The position numbers were made by a program, and so were the translations under genes. The notes under the pieces were generated by a model. It worked only from the letters and a program-made list of their open reading frames with translations, did no database searches and was not told where the DNA came from. Shown piece after piece: positions 1 through 12,548 of a DNA stretch of 64,000 nucleotides. How positions within the stretch are numbered: position 1 is the stretch's first letter; every line of letters starts with the position of its first letter. The DNA comes from Candidatus Nanoarchaeia archaeon (GTDB lineage: Archaea > Nanobdellota > Nanobdellia > Woesearchaeales > UBA10216): the NCBI GenBank assembly GCA_028279045.1, contig JANQSZ010000022.1:16388-80387 (forward strand), written 5' to 3'.

Positions 1-8
1 TGCGAAAA

Positions 9-416
9 ATGGCAGAGGAAATGGAGATTTTGGATTACGAGAAGGAGAAGAATTTTGAAAATTTCTCCGACGACACGATCTTGAAATTGAGTGATGAAGT
101 TAAATTGTTTATCAAGAAGGCTCGCGCTTGCTTGCCATGGTACTTGAATGCGTATTCTGACCTTCCTTGTAATAAGAAGTATCAGGAAGGAGTTGACTAT
201 GTAGATTCCTTGACTGCTGAACAATGGGCTGATCCAGAAGTGCAAGCAAAAATTCAGCAAATGAATGAAGAATTTGTTGCCCATGCTAAGGAAATAGATT
301 CTGATTACTACTCAACGCGATTTGGAGTTGAGAACGCAGTTCTTGCTAGCGTGAAAGGCTGGAAGAAAGAAGAAGTAGCGACTGTTCGGGATTCAATACA
401 GAAAGAAGACGATTAA
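9..416 (+). CDS. hypothetical protein
   Basis: Complete 135-aa ORF with an acidic C-terminus; no family recognised; it may begin outside the window. Confidence 0.35.
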   Translation: MAEEMEILDYEKEKNFENFSDDTILKLSDEVKLFIKKARACLPWYLNAYSDLPCNKKYQEGVDYVDSLTAEQWADPEVQAKIQQMNEEFVAHAKEIDSDYYSTRFGVENAVLASVKGWKKEEVATVRDSIQKEDD

Positions 417-1447
417 ATCCATTTCTTGCCTGCTTCTTGTAAGGTTAGAAATTGTGCGCCGTTCTGTTTTGCGTGCTTGATGAATGCATCCATTGTTTCT
501 ACAATAGGAGTTGGCCAACCGTTCTCGTAATTTGCTTCGCAGCTGTGCGATAGCACTACGAAAACAAATGGCTTTTTGGAACGGTTTGCTTGGCGCATGT
601 ACTGATCGAAGACAGGAATCAGAAGTTCTCCCCACGCGGGATTTGCGTGTTTCATCCCGAGGAAGTCGAACGTTGCTACAGGAATTTGGAGAATAGAGGA
701 ATCTTGAGACTTTGTATCTTGATAATCTGTTCGAGACATGTACCAAGGATCGTGGGTTTTAACTTTTGTCCAATCATACGCCATGTCATCGCTCGTGTGT
801 CCCTTAATTCCAGGAACTGCAGAAGAATCAAGGTTGAAACCTGTTTTTTCTAAAGCAGAGACGGATTCTGTGCTTAGTGACCAGACACCCCAACGGAAAC
901 TCTTGACTTCTTTTGCTGCGTCAGGACCGAGATTGTCGGCGATGAGTTGTTTTGATGCAGAGAGCATTTCGATTTGATCATCGGTTGAATAGTAGCGTGC
1001 TCCAGCTTTCGATAGTGGTTTTTTGAGTTTGTCTTGCAATGCATTGTCTGAGTTTTGATGCATATGCAAACCCAGCTCATGATCTTTCACTACTTTTTTT
1101 AGGAGTTTGTTAATTTTTGAAAGTGATTCAGGGGGCGCTGAGAAACAATGGGTTGAAAGTAGGAATGTAAGTGGCACTTTGTTCTTTTCCGCTAGCTGCA
1201 GCCAATGGTCAATGCCGGCTGTGAATCCTTGATATGCTTTCGGAGCACGGTGCTGCCAAATCCTCTCTTGATCTTTAGCAACGTATCCCGCTTCGGTGTC
1301 GACGGTAACGCAAACATAGAACGGGAACTTTGATTCGCCATGCCGTTTTAGGAATGGAATGCTCAATAGTATTGAGGATGCGCCTCTGATGAGTTGCGCT
1401 CCTGTCCGCGTGAGCCCAAACCGATATGCGAGTAGTTTTGGTTTCAT
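413..1447 (-). CDS. polysaccharide deacetylase-like protein (carbohydrate esterase 4-like)
   Basis: Motif CVTVDTE typical of the NodB/polysaccharide deacetylase fold. Start moved to MKPKLL (1447), immediately after the stop of the upstream GT4 gene. Confidence 0.45.
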   Translation of the reverse strand: MKPKLLAYRFGLTRTGAQLIRGASSILLSIPFLKRHGESKFPFYVCVTVDTEAGYVAKDQERIWQHRAPKAYQGFTAGIDHWLQLAEKNKVPLTFLLSTHCFSAPPESLSKINKLLKKVVKDHELGLHMHQNSDNALQDKLKKPLSKAGARYYSTDDQIEMLSASKQLIADNLGPDAAKEVKSFRWGVWSLSTESVSALEKTGFNLDSSAVPGIKGHTSDDMAYDWTKVKTHDPWYMSRTDYQDTKSQDSSILQIPVATFDFLGMKHANPAWGELLIPVFDQYMRQANRSKKPFVFVVLSHSCEANYENGWPTPIVETMDAFIKHAKQNGAQFLTLQEAGKKWI

Positions 1448-2598
1448 GTGTAGAGTTTGGCAAATTTCTTTGCAATGGCGTCCCAAGAGTATTCTTGAGA
1501 GAATTTCTTTGCATTTCTTGCCAGAGTGGTTGCTTTTGATTTATTTTTAAGTAGAAGGATGATTGCTGCTCCTAGTTCTTTAGCGTTTCTCTCAGGAACA
1601 AGCAAACCGGTTTTGTTGTGGTCAATAATATCGGTTAAGCCACCGGTGTTTGTCGCTACGACAGGAGAGTTTGCAGCCATTGCTTCCACGACAGCTAATC
1701 CGAACCCTTCTTTTCCGAGACCACGGCCTGATATTGAAGGAAGGACAAATACGTCAGCTCTTTTGTAGTAAGCGTGGAGTTCAGAATGATGAAGAGATCC
1801 GGTGAAGGTTACGTTATTCATGTTTTTTGCTTGCTGCTTCAGTGTTTTTTCATATGGTCCACCGCCGACAATGACGAGTTTTGCAGAAGGTACTTTTCTC
1901 TGAATAGCAGGGAATGCTTCTAGCAAATATTGTACTCCTTTTTGTTCACTGAGGCGGCCGACAAACACAATAACTTTTCCGGACAACTTTTTTGGTTTTG
2001 CTTTTGCCAGTGTTTCGCTATCGATTCCCATAGGAATGATTTGTATTTTGTTTTTTACAGAAGGGAACCGCGTCAGAATTGTTTTTTGAGTTGCAGTTGA
2101 GTTGACGGTTATGGCATCTGCTTGTTTTAACGACCAGTGTAGGAGCCATTCCAGGGAATGAATCTTGTACGCGTGGACATCGCTTCCATGAATCGTGATG
2201 ATGAGTTTTTTGTTGAGTAGTTTCTTGGCGATAGCTGCAGCAACCCCTTGCGGAACGAGCCAGTGTGCATGGATCACATCTGCAGAGCGGGCGTCATTCA
2301 ACAATGCGAAGAGTTCTGCTACGCTAAGGAAAGGAACTTGAAGTTTTGCAAGAGTGCTGGCTTTCATGTTCTGCACAATGCCACCACCATAGCATAATTT
2401 TTGTAATGAAGCGGGAAAGAAATATTGGAACCGCCTGATTGTGAGATTGCCAACGCGCTCCTTCTTCTTTGCGCCGGCTGCATGTGGAACAAGGGCTTCT
2501 ACAGCATGAGAAAGATGCGTTGCTAGATCAAACACAAACCGAGGTTCTGTATCACCTTTCCATCGTGGAAAAGTGCTGGCTACCATTAATATACGCAT
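1444..2598 (-). CDS. glycosyltransferase family 4 (GT-B, group 1)
   Basis: C-terminal EGFGLAVVEAMAANSPVVATNTGG motif, the classic GT4 E-X7-E region; N-terminal MRILMVASTFP. Confidence 0.8.
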   Translation of the reverse strand: MRILMVASTFPRWKGDTEPRFVFDLATHLSHAVEALVPHAAGAKKKERVGNLTIRRFQYFFPASLQKLCYGGGIVQNMKASTLAKLQVPFLSVAELFALLNDARSADVIHAHWLVPQGVAAAIAKKLLNKKLIITIHGSDVHAYKIHSLEWLLHWSLKQADAITVNSTATQKTILTRFPSVKNKIQIIPMGIDSETLAKAKPKKLSGKVIVFVGRLSEQKGVQYLLEAFPAIQRKVPSAKLVIVGGGPYEKTLKQQAKNMNNVTFTGSLHHSELHAYYKRADVFVLPSISGRGLGKEGFGLAVVEAMAANSPVVATNTGGLTDIIDHNKTGLLVPERNAKELGAAIILLLKNKSKATTLARNAKKFSQEYSWDAIAKKFAKLYT

Positions 2599-2599
2599 T

Positions 2600-3568
2600 C
2601 TAAATTTCGGAAAGAGCTACTTTCCTACCTTCAGCGGCAGAAAGGCGCAAGGCTTCTAAAACCTTTGCCTGGGAGAGAATTTGGTCATACTGAGCTTCCT
2701 TAAAAGGGTCATCATGCATGTTTGAGAGGAAATTGGAGAAGCTGAGTTCGAACTGATTTGCAGGTTCTATTTCGATCTCTTGAAGGTCATTGCTCTTCAA
2801 ATCCTGAAAGGTTATTCCAGGTTTTTTATCTGGTGGGATACTGTATGCAGGATTGACGTTAATTTTTCCAAATCGAGATGTAATGCTGTACTTGTTTTGG
2901 TATACTGTCCGTAAACTGAAAAAAGCAACTGCATTGTTAAGATTATATTCTAGCGTTGCGGTACCTTCAACGTCAACAGAATAGTTATCTTTTACTAATG
3001 CACATGAAACGGTTTTTGGTTCCCCAAGGAATTTGCGAGCCATAAATACTGGATAGCAGCCAACATCGTTTAGGCTACCGCCACCAAGATCTTTGTTATA
3101 GCGGATATCGCTCGAATCTAAAGGAGGGATGGTGAATGAGCCTGAAAAGAATATTGGTTTTCCCAGCTGGTCAAACCAAGAAAAGACTTTCTCATGTTGC
3201 GGGTGATAGTTGCACATAAAGTTTTCAAACAATGCTACGTTTGCTTGTTTACATGCTTCAACGCACTTTTTTGCGGACTCGTAACTTGTTGTTAACGACT
3301 TTTCGCAAATGATGTGCTTGCCTGCTGCAGCTGCTTTCAAAATCCATTCTTCGTGCAGTGCAATCGGGAGAGGGATGTAGACAGCGTCGACATCAGAATC
3401 AAGAACGTCCTGATAGGATTCTGCATGATTGCAATTAAATTCAGCAGCCCATTGTTTACTCTTTTCTGGATCTCTGCTGGAAAGTGTAAGTTCTGCTCCT
3501 AGCTCTAGGAATGCTGGAATTGCGTACCGTTTTGCAATGGCTGCACAGCCAAGAATGCCGACTTTCAT
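2600..3568 (-). CDS. Gfo/Idh/MocA family NAD(P)-dependent sugar oxidoreductase
   Basis: N-terminal Rossmann motif MKVGILGCAAIAKRY plus EKSL/EKP motif. Sits in a dTDP-sugar cluster, so a candidate sugar 3-ketoreductase. Confidence 0.7.
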   Translation of the reverse strand: MKVGILGCAAIAKRYAIPAFLELGAELTLSSRDPEKSKQWAAEFNCNHAESYQDVLDSDVDAVYIPLPIALHEEWILKAAAAGKHIICEKSLTTSYESAKKCVEACKQANVALFENFMCNYHPQHEKVFSWFDQLGKPIFFSGSFTIPPLDSSDIRYNKDLGGGSLNDVGCYPVFMARKFLGEPKTVSCALVKDNYSVDVEGTATLEYNLNNAVAFFSLRTVYQNKYSITSRFGKINVNPAYSIPPDKKPGITFQDLKSNDLQEIEIEPANQFELSFSNFLSNMHDDPFKEAQYDQILSQAKVLEALRLSAAEGRKVALSEI

Positions 3569-4323
3569 TAGAGTACAGAAATGATACTTCGCACATGAGG
3601 CGTGACAAGAGTTTCATGCTTGAGCATTTGTTTAATTTGATACATTGTTACCCAGATAAAGTCTTCTGGAACTTCGATTTGTTCGTTTTCAGGAACTTCT
3701 ACAAGCATGTTGCGGTTTGCTTTCAAAAAGAATCGACCACCGTCTTCTGTTTGATCTTTCGAGTATACGATTGTGCTTCTTCCTTCTTCTTCGAAATACT
3801 CTGAGAAGAGAGGCTTCTTTCCTTTGTGTGCTTGTTTCAAGTTGCTGTGAGTTGCTTGCAGCGTCGGAGACATTTGCAATTTATCGATGTTTCCTGGTTC
3901 TGCTTTTGCGTTGAGTAAATAATGGTATACACCGTTGATCTTCTTACGGAGAACACCGATGATTCCCCATTCTTTCTGGAAAAATAAGGGTTGTTCCCAT
4001 CCAGGAACTTCGCGCTTATCTGTTTGGGTTACTTTCATACCGCGTACAGAGAAAAACTCGCCAGAAACATGAGAAATGTTCATTGTTTCAGGATTTGTTT
4101 GCCACGTATCCAAATCAGTGATGTTGACTTCTTGAATTTCCATCTTACAATTCTTCCGTTGTTCTTCGAACCAGTTCATGACATATTCGAGAGTGTGCAG
4201 GCTGTTTTCCTTGTTTGTTGATTCTAACATGTGGAGAACTCTGTTTTGTGCGTCGCTATCAGACTCATATCCGTTCTCACGTAGTACGTTCAGAATTTTT
4301 TCGGTAGCTTCTTGTTCTGGCAT
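3568..4323 (-). CDS. NDP-hexose 2,3-dehydratase-like protein (single-domain)
   Basis: FFSVRG, KAEPGN and SPTLQATHSN motifs recalled from the EvaA/TylX3 hexose dehydratase family (from memory). Start set at MPEQ (4323), preceded by GGGGTGG RBS-like sequence. Only about half the length of canonical two-domain enzymes. Confidence 0.45.
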   Translation of the reverse strand: MPEQEATEKILNVLRENGYESDSDAQNRVLHMLESTNKENSLHTLEYVMNWFEEQRKNCKMEIQEVNITDLDTWQTNPETMNISHVSGEFFSVRGMKVTQTDKREVPGWEQPLFFQKEWGIIGVLRKKINGVYHYLLNAKAEPGNIDKLQMSPTLQATHSNLKQAHKGKKPLFSEYFEEEGRSTIVYSKDQTEDGGRFFLKANRNMLVEVPENEQIEVPEDFIWVTMYQIKQMLKHETLVTPHVRSIISVL

Positions 4324-4324
4324 T

Positions 4325-4783
4325 CTACCACCCCTGTGGAGCGGACCATTTGTATGGAATGCTCGGATCATCGTATGGAATTCTTAACTCATCAGGATCA
4401 TCTGGATTATATGGTTCGGTTGGCGTGTTGATCGTAATCGCTTCTTCGTCAGATGCGCATTCAAAGCCGTGGAACACCATGGGAGGGATTGTTACAAGGA
4501 TTGCGTTTTCCTCGCTAATGATAAATTCTTGAGTTTCTCCTTTTGTTGGGGAGCCCTCTCGAGCATCATGAAGAACAAGTCGCATTTCTCCTTTTACACA
4601 TGTAAAATTATCCCATTGGACTTTATGGCGGTGCCATGCTTTAGCAAAACCTGGTTTGCAGACAGTCATGTATGTCTGCCCGAATTTCTTGAAGATGGAA
4701 TCGTCTACTCTGAGAATTTCCATTAGTCGGCCGCGTTCGTCTTTGTGAACAATAAGTTGCTTTACTTCTACACCATCAATCAT
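4325..4783 (-). CDS. RmlC-like cupin (dTDP-sugar 3,5-epimerase / 3,4-ketoisomerase FdtA-WxcM-like)
   Basis: ERGRLMEI ... KAWHRHK motif resembles the RGxHAHK core of FdtA/QdtA and RmlC cupins; 152 aa. Confidence 0.55.
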   Translation of the reverse strand: MIDGVEVKQLIVHKDERGRLMEILRVDDSIFKKFGQTYMTVCKPGFAKAWHRHKVQWDNFTCVKGEMRLVLHDAREGSPTKGETQEFIISEENAILVTIPPMVFHGFECASDEEAITINTPTEPYNPDDPDELRIPYDDPSIPYKWSAPQGW

Positions 4784-4821
4784 ACTGCCAGAGAGAATGC
4801 AGAGCTTTAAATTAGTTGCGC

Positions 4822-5541
4822 TTACTGAGCCAGTTTATCTCTAATAAGAATGGACGCTTGGAGGAGGCTTTCATGGGTACCGGCATCGCTCCAGAAGCCG
4901 GTCAGCTTGGTATATCCAAGATTGCTTGATTCTACGTATTTGTTGTTTACGTCTGTTATTTCCAGCTGGCCTCGCTCGGATGGTTTAAGGTTGCGGATGT
5001 GTTCAAACGCATTTGCGTCAAGGAGATACAATCCTGTTACTGCAAGATTAGATTTAGGTTGTGAAGGCTTTTCTTCGATGCCCACAATCTTGTCTCCGGA
5101 AACTTCAGCAACGCCAAAACGTTCTGCATCTTGAACTTCTTTTAAGAAAAGATGAGCGCCTTCATCACTGTTCATGAATTTTTCAAAAACAGGTCTAAAG
5201 TTATCTTCGTAAATGTTATCGCCTAGGATTGCTGCGAATTTTTCGCCGTCAACAAATTCTTCGGCGAGTCGCATTCCGTCAGCGATTCCGAGCGGTTCGT
5301 CTTGAACTTCAAAAGAGAAATTAACCCCGAACTCTTTGCCAGAACGAAGTAAATTGAGAAACGATCCGCTAAATTCAGGACCGCAAATAATGAGAATATC
5401 AGTGACGCCGGCATCAACCAACGTTTGGATCGGATAATAGATCATTGGCTTGTTGTAGACTGGAAGCAAGTGCTTGTTAGTCACGTTAGTACAAGGAGCT
5501 AATCGTGTTCCGAGTCCGCCTGCCAAAATTACGCCTTTCAT
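4822..5541 (-). CDS. rmlA: glucose-1-phosphate thymidylyltransferase (short form)
   Basis: MKGVILAGGLGTRLAPCT ... KHLLPVYNKPMIYYPI is the canonical G-rich NTP-transferase loop of RmlA. Confidence 0.8.
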   Translation of the reverse strand: MKGVILAGGLGTRLAPCTNVTNKHLLPVYNKPMIYYPIQTLVDAGVTDILIICGPEFSGSFLNLLRSGKEFGVNFSFEVQDEPLGIADGMRLAEEFVDGEKFAAILGDNIYEDNFRPVFEKFMNSDEGAHLFLKEVQDAERFGVAEVSGDKIVGIEEKPSQPKSNLAVTGLYLLDANAFEHIRNLKPSERGQLEITDVNNKYVESSNLGYTKLTGFWSDAGTHESLLQASILIRDKLAQ

Positions 5542-6341
5542 TTCATATAGTCATGTAATGCTTCTGACCAGTGACGAAGAGGCGGCAGTTTAGTATTTAA
5601 TAGTATCGATACTTTAGGACGAGTAGCAGGGGTGGGATAGTCTGTTGTTGGGATGGGATGAATTGGGATTTGGGAGTCAAGTTCAGCGGCGATTGCCTTG
5701 GCGAATTCGTACCAGGAGCAATTTCCTGAATTGGTTATGTGATAGATGCCGTATGGTTTGCCGATAAGCTCTTTGATTCCCTGCGCAAGATCTTTTGTGT
5801 ATGTTGGGTTTCCAATCTGGTCGTTGACAATGCGGAGCTCGTCTTTTTCGTTAACAAGTCTGCGAATAGTGTCTACGAAATTTCTTCCGTGTGTTCCGTA
5901 CAACCATGCGCTTCGCACAAGATAATGCTTGGGAACTTCGAGAATGTACGGTTCTGCATCTGCTTTTGATTTTGCGTAAATGCTGATTGGGTTTGCAACT
6001 GCGTTTTCATCATAGCCGTTAGTGTTTTCGCCATCAAAAATATAATCAGAACTGATGTGAACAAGAATTGTGTCGTGTTTCTTGCAGGCTGCTGCGACGT
6101 ACATTGCACCAGTAACATTAATGCTGCGGCAGAGCTCTTCTTCCTTTTCAGCGTCGTCGACGCGGGTGTATGCTGCGCAATTAATGACAAGGTCAGGGTT
6201 CTGATTGAATGCAGTTTCTAGAGAATCTGGGTTTGTGATGTCGACCTCTTCTTTGTCTGTTATGATCAAATCATGGTCTTTGAAAACTTCAACAACATCG
6301 TGTCCCAGCATTCCTTTGGCGCCAAGGATAAGTATTTTCAT
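5538..6341 (-). CDS. rmlD: dTDP-4-dehydrorhamnose reductase
   Basis: MKILILGAKGMLG ... YTRVDDAE ... ISSDYIFDG match the RmlD signature. Confidence 0.8.
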   Translation of the reverse strand: MKILILGAKGMLGHDVVEVFKDHDLIITDKEEVDITNPDSLETAFNQNPDLVINCAAYTRVDDAEKEEELCRSINVTGAMYVAAACKKHDTILVHISSDYIFDGENTNGYDENAVANPISIYAKSKADAEPYILEVPKHYLVRSAWLYGTHGRNFVDTIRRLVNEKDELRIVNDQIGNPTYTKDLAQGIKELIGKPYGIYHITNSGNCSWYEFAKAIAAELDSQIPIHPIPTTDYPTPATRPKVSILLNTKLPPLRHWSEALHDYMK

Positions 6342-7333
6342 AGTCCCAATTTCTTGTAGTGAGCTTTATAGAATTTCAGATACTCGCCTGTTTTGATCTT
6401 TTTCCACCACTGTTCGTTCTGTTGATACCAGTCTACAGTAGTTTTGATACCTTGATCAAACGTTACGGTTGGTTTCCAACCCAATTTGCGTATTTTCGAA
6501 TTGTTTATTGAATATCTCTGATCATGACCAGGTCGGTCAGAAATATGCTTGATAAGTGATTGATCCTTCTTTAGGAGGCGGAGAATTTTCTTAGTGACGT
6601 CGAGATTATTGACGTTTTTTCCAGTGCCGATGTTATAGATCTGCCCTTTCTTTCCTTTTCTGAGTACAACGTCGACCGCACGGCAATTATCTGTTACAAA
6701 AATCCAGTCTCGAGATTGTTTTCCGCTTCCGTAAATGGGGAGCTTCTTTCCTTCAATTGCGTTTGTTGTGAAGAGAGGGATGATTTTTTCAGGATATTGA
6801 TTTGGGCCGTAGTTGTTCGAACTTCTGGTTATGCATGCGTCCAACCCATAACTGTGGACGTAGGATAAAGTAAGTAAGTCTGCTGATGCTTTACTTGAGG
6901 AATATGGACTTGTTGGTCGTAGCGGATCTGATTCTGAAAAAGATCCCTTAGGAATACTGCCGTACACTTCGTCAGTAGAAATTTGGATCATGCGGATGTC
7001 GTTCTTTCTTGCGGCTTCGAGCAAGACGTGAGTTCCTATGACATCGGTCTTGATGAAGCTTGCAGGATCTGCTATTGATTTGTCTACATGGGTCTCCGCA
7101 GCAAAGTTAACGATTGCCGAACATTTCTTTGCAAGACGGTTAACAGTTTTAGGATCCTGGATGTTTCCTTTGACAAATGAGTACTTTTTGTTCTTTTGAA
7201 CTTCTTTCAAATTTTCAAGGTTTCCAGAATATGTGAGTGCATCTAAGTTGATAACGTCAACGTTTTTCTTGAGAAGCAGTTTCACGAAATGACTTCCGAT
7301 GAACCCTGCGCCCCCTGTTACAAGTACTGTCAT
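6338..7333 (-). CDS. rmlB: dTDP-glucose 4,6-dehydratase
   Basis: [30 protein letters not shown] (YxxxK) and 331 aa are typical RmlB. Confidence 0.85.
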   Translation of the reverse strand: MTVLVTGGAGFIGSHFVKLLLKKNVDVINLDALTYSGNLENLKEVQKNKKYSFVKGNIQDPKTVNRLAKKCSAIVNFAAETHVDKSIADPASFIKTDVIGTHVLLEAARKNDIRMIQISTDEVYGSIPKGSFSESDPLRPTSPYSSSKASADLLTLSYVHSYGLDACITRSSNNYGPNQYPEKIIPLFTTNAIEGKKLPIYGSGKQSRDWIFVTDNCRAVDVVLRKGKKGQIYNIGTGKNVNNLDVTKKILRLLKKDQSLIKHISDRPGHDQRYSINNSKIRKLGWKPTVTFDQGIKTTVDWYQQNEQWWKKIKTGEYLKFYKAHYKKLGL

Positions 7334-7369
7334 TTTTCAATCTAGGCTATTAAGTCTCGATATATAAGA

Positions 7370-9246
<1,877 letters not shown>

Positions 9247-9259
9247 CTATATAAATCTT

Positions 9260-10186
9260 TTACTGGCTTTTAAACCAGTCTATGGTTTTTTGCATCCCTT
9301 CTTCGAGGGAAACTTTGGGCTCCCATTTCAACCGTTCCTTTGCTCTGGAGATATCAGGGCGACGGCGTTTGGGGTCATCTGCTGGAAGAGGTTTGTAGAC
9401 AATGCTACTAGACGCGCCCATGATTTCAATAATTCTTTCAGCGAATTCTTTGATTGTGTGTTCATCTGGGTTGCCGAGGTTCACTGGATCGTAGCCTGGC
9501 GCTTCGAAGAGTTTGATTATTCCTTCAATGAGATCGGTTACGTAACAGAAAGATCTTGTTTGGGTTCCATCGCCGTAGACTGTTAGTGGTTCATTACGTA
9601 ATGCTTGCGCGATGAAGTTTGGAACAACGCGGCCGTCTTCGATGCGCATTCTCGGCCCGTAGGTGTTGAAAATTCTTACAATGCGGGTATCGATATCATG
9701 ATAACGATGATATGCCATGGTAATTGCTTCTGCGAAGCGCTTTGCTTCATCGTAACAACCGCGGACACCGATTGGATTTACATTACCCCAGTACGATTCT
9801 TTTTGCGGGTGCTGCTCAGGATCGCCATAAATTTCAGATGTAGATGCGAGCAGGTAGCGAGCTTTTTTTGCGCGGGCGATGCCGAGCGTGTTATGCGTTC
9901 CGAGACCGCCAACCTTGAGAGTTTGAATTGGCAACTTAAGGTAATCAATTGGAGATGCTGGACTTGCGAAATGGAACACACCGTGAATATCTCCTTTGAT
10001 TTCTAGCGGTTGGCTGATATCGTGCTCTATTAATGTGAAAAGCTTGTTGTCCAGAAGATGCTCGACATTTTTCTTGCTTCCAGTAACAAAATTATCTACG
10101 CAAATAACTTCCCATCCGCGTTCGAGCAAGGCTTCGCACAAATGACTGCCGATAAACCCTGCACCGCCTGTTACGAGTGCTCTCAT
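9260..10186 (-). CDS. uxs: UDP-glucuronate decarboxylase (UDP-xylose synthase)
   Basis: [15 protein letters not shown]...[14 protein letters not shown] and YDEAKRFAE are hallmark UXS motifs; next to ugd. Confidence 0.8.
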   Translation of the reverse strand: MRALVTGGAGFIGSHLCEALLERGWEVICVDNFVTGSKKNVEHLLDNKLFTLIEHDISQPLEIKGDIHGVFHFASPASPIDYLKLPIQTLKVGGLGTHNTLGIARAKKARYLLASTSEIYGDPEQHPQKESYWGNVNPIGVRGCYDEAKRFAEAITMAYHRYHDIDTRIVRIFNTYGPRMRIEDGRVVPNFIAQALRNEPLTVYGDGTQTRSFCYVTDLIEGIIKLFEAPGYDPVNLGNPDEHTIKEFAERIIEIMGASSSIVYKPLPADDPKRRRPDISRAKERLKWEPKVSLEEGMQKTIDWFKSQ

Positions 10187-11163
10187 CCGAAATCAATCTC
10201 TGAATTATCGCCTACATTAAGCTTACGGAAAATATCGCGAACAATTGCGCTATCTCCTATCAAGGATTTCGTTAATGCAGCGTATGTAAGATTGGCGTTG
10301 TCATCCACAATCGCGTCACTAATTATAGAGTTCTTAATGTGACAGTTCTCACCAATAGAAACATTCGGCCCGATTATTGAGTTGACGATCTTTGCGCCAT
10401 CTTTAATATGAACAGGAGGAATTATTACTGAATTTGTTACTGGGATTTCCCGATGGTGGCCGTTTTCAAGCAAGTAGCGGTTTGTTTTGAGTAGTGTGTT
10501 TGGCTTGCCGCAGTCTGCCCAGACGTCAACTTCCTTTGCGACGAGGTTAGAGCCGTGCTCGAGCATACGCGATATTGCATCTGCTACACGATGTTCGCCG
10601 CCTTCTGAAACTCTGCCTTCCTGGAGAATTCCGTGGAGGTGTTCGAAAAGAATTTTTGCATCTTTGAAATAATAGAGACCGATCGCAGCGAGGTTGCTTA
10701 CGAATTCTTTTGGTTTTTCAACGAACTTTGTAATGCGCTCGTTTTCAACAACGACTACGCCAAAGCGTTCAGGAGTTGCGGTTTCTTTTGCCCAGATAAT
10801 TCCGTCTGCACTAGTTGTTTTTACCACAGAAAGATCAGTATCGAAAATAGTATCTACGAAAATGATCATTACTTCGCCGGTTACGTATGGTTCTGCTAGG
10901 CTCACTGCGTGGCCATCGCCCTTGAGTTGATCTTGAGGAATGAACCGGGTTTGATATGAGAAGTTTGAAGCAACATAGTCTTTTACTTGACCTTCCATCT
11001 CGCCTGTGATGAAAATGATTTCGTCAATAGGGAGCGATTTTAGCTTTTCGAGAATGTGGCCGAGTACTGGTTTGCCTGCAACTCGAAGAAGAGGCTTTGG
11101 TTTAGAGTGTGTGTGCGGCCGTAGCCGAGTTCCCTTTCCTGCTAGTGGAATAATTACTTTCAT
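10183..11163 (-). CDS. sugar-1-phosphate nucleotidyltransferase (long archaeal RmlA/GalU-like) with C-terminal left-handed beta-helix
   Basis: [17 protein letters not shown]-terminal loop; C-terminal hexapeptide-like repeats ([21 protein letters not shown]). Confidence 0.65.
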   Translation of the reverse strand: MKVIIPLAGKGTRLRPHTHSKPKPLLRVAGKPVLGHILEKLKSLPIDEIIFITGEMEGQVKDYVASNFSYQTRFIPQDQLKGDGHAVSLAEPYVTGEVMIIFVDTIFDTDLSVVKTTSADGIIWAKETATPERFGVVVVENERITKFVEKPKEFVSNLAAIGLYYFKDAKILFEHLHGILQEGRVSEGGEHRVADAISRMLEHGSNLVAKEVDVWADCGKPNTLLKTNRYLLENGHHREIPVTNSVIIPPVHIKDGAKIVNSIIGPNVSIGENCHIKNSIISDAIVDDNANLTYAALTKSLIGDSAIVRDIFRKLNVGDNSEIDFG

Positions 11164-12458
11164 CGGCCAATGCTCTGATATCTGAATCCGAGTTTTTGTA
11201 GTTCTGCTGGATCGTAAATGTTTCTGCCATCAAGCAAGATCGGTTGCTTCATGCTGTTCTTCACACGCTGCAAATCGATTTGGCGGAAGACATCCCACTC
11301 TGTTAACAGTACGATTGCGTCTGCATCCATTGCTGCTTCGTATGGATTTGGTGCGTATTCAATTGTAGGCATGAGTTTCTTTGCGATCTCTTCTGCCTCA
11401 GGATCGAAACCGATAACGCTTGCTCCTTCCTTGAGCAGAGCAGGAATAACGGTTAGTGATGTTGCCTCGCGCATGTCGTCAGTCTTTGGTTTGAATGCCA
11501 ATCCCCAGATTGCGATGCGCTTTCCTTGAAGAGAAGGAAGTTCTTCTTTTAATTTAGGAACGATAGATTCTTTTTGCTTGATGTTCACGTTTTCGATTGC
11601 TTGCATGAGCACATTATTGCAACCATAGTCTTGTAGAGTTGCGGCTAATGCGCGAACGTCTTTGGGGAAACAGCTTCCGCCGTATCCTGCACCGGCCTGT
11701 AGGAATCGAGGACCAATGCGGGTATCGTATCCCATGCCGGTCGCGACATCCTTAATATCTGCGCCGACTTTTTCGCAAAGATGAGCAAGCTCGTTCATGA
11801 AAGAAATTCTTGCAGAAAGCATTGCGTTGCTCGCGTACTTGATCATGACTGCGCTCTCTATATTAGTAGAGAGGATTGGGCGGTTTGGTCGTTCGAGTGG
11901 TTTGTATAGATGGGTAAGTAAATTTTTTGCGCGCTCGGTTTCTGTACCGATCACAATGCGATCAGGAATCATGAAATCATTGATTGCTTCGCCTTCGCGT
12001 AAGAATTCAGGATTGGAAGCGATTTCGAATTCATGTGGTTGCTGCTGATGTTGCTTGATGAGTGTTTCAACCTTTCTAGACGTTCCAAGTGGAACAGTGC
12101 TCTTGATCACAATGACCTTGAAGCCGTTCATTGCCTTGCCGATTTCTTCTGCTACGTTGAGAACGTACTGAACATCAGCACGGCCATCTTCATCGCTTGG
12201 CGTACCTACCGCAATGAAAATGATTTCAGCTGCTTGAATAGCAGGGGCTGCGTTTGTGGTGAATGTCAACCGGCCTTGCTCGATGTTTTGCGAGACCATT
12301 TCGCTGAGACCGGGCTCGAAAAAAGGAACTTTGCCTTCTTTTAGTGTAGCGATCTTTGATTCATCTACATCAACACACATTACGTCATTTCCAAGGTTTG
12401 CGAAACAGGCGCCGGTAGTGAGGCCTACGTAACCAGTTCCGATCATAGCGATTTTCAT
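11160..12458 (-). CDS. ugd: UDP-glucose 6-dehydrogenase
   Basis: MKIAMIGTGYVGLTTGACFA, GGSCFPKD catalytic Cys region, 432 aa. Confidence 0.85.
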   Translation of the reverse strand: MKIAMIGTGYVGLTTGACFANLGNDVMCVDVDESKIATLKEGKVPFFEPGLSEMVSQNIEQGRLTFTTNAAPAIQAAEIIFIAVGTPSDEDGRADVQYVLNVAEEIGKAMNGFKVIVIKSTVPLGTSRKVETLIKQHQQQPHEFEIASNPEFLREGEAINDFMIPDRIVIGTETERAKNLLTHLYKPLERPNRPILSTNIESAVMIKYASNAMLSARISFMNELAHLCEKVGADIKDVATGMGYDTRIGPRFLQAGAGYGGSCFPKDVRALAATLQDYGCNNVLMQAIENVNIKQKESIVPKLKEELPSLQGKRIAIWGLAFKPKTDDMREATSLTVIPALLKEGASVIGFDPEAEEIAKKLMPTIEYAPNPYEAAMDADAIVLLTEWDVFRQIDLQRVKNSMKQPILLDGRNIYDPAELQKLGFRYQSIGR

Positions 12459-12548
12459 ACTGATTGGACAAGGGCACTTGTTTTAATATCTTACCTTTAT
12501 CCTACTTTATGCGATAAATATTAATAGGGCGGTTGGTTAGATTGGAGA

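Noticed and set aside
5873-6190. Numerous 60-130 aa ORFs embedded in or antisense to the large annotated genes (e.g. 5873-6190, 28079-28879, 33102-33552, 34056-35179, 45211-45564)
   Set aside because: They lie entirely within confidently assigned genes on the opposite strand or in alternative frames, with no independent signals.
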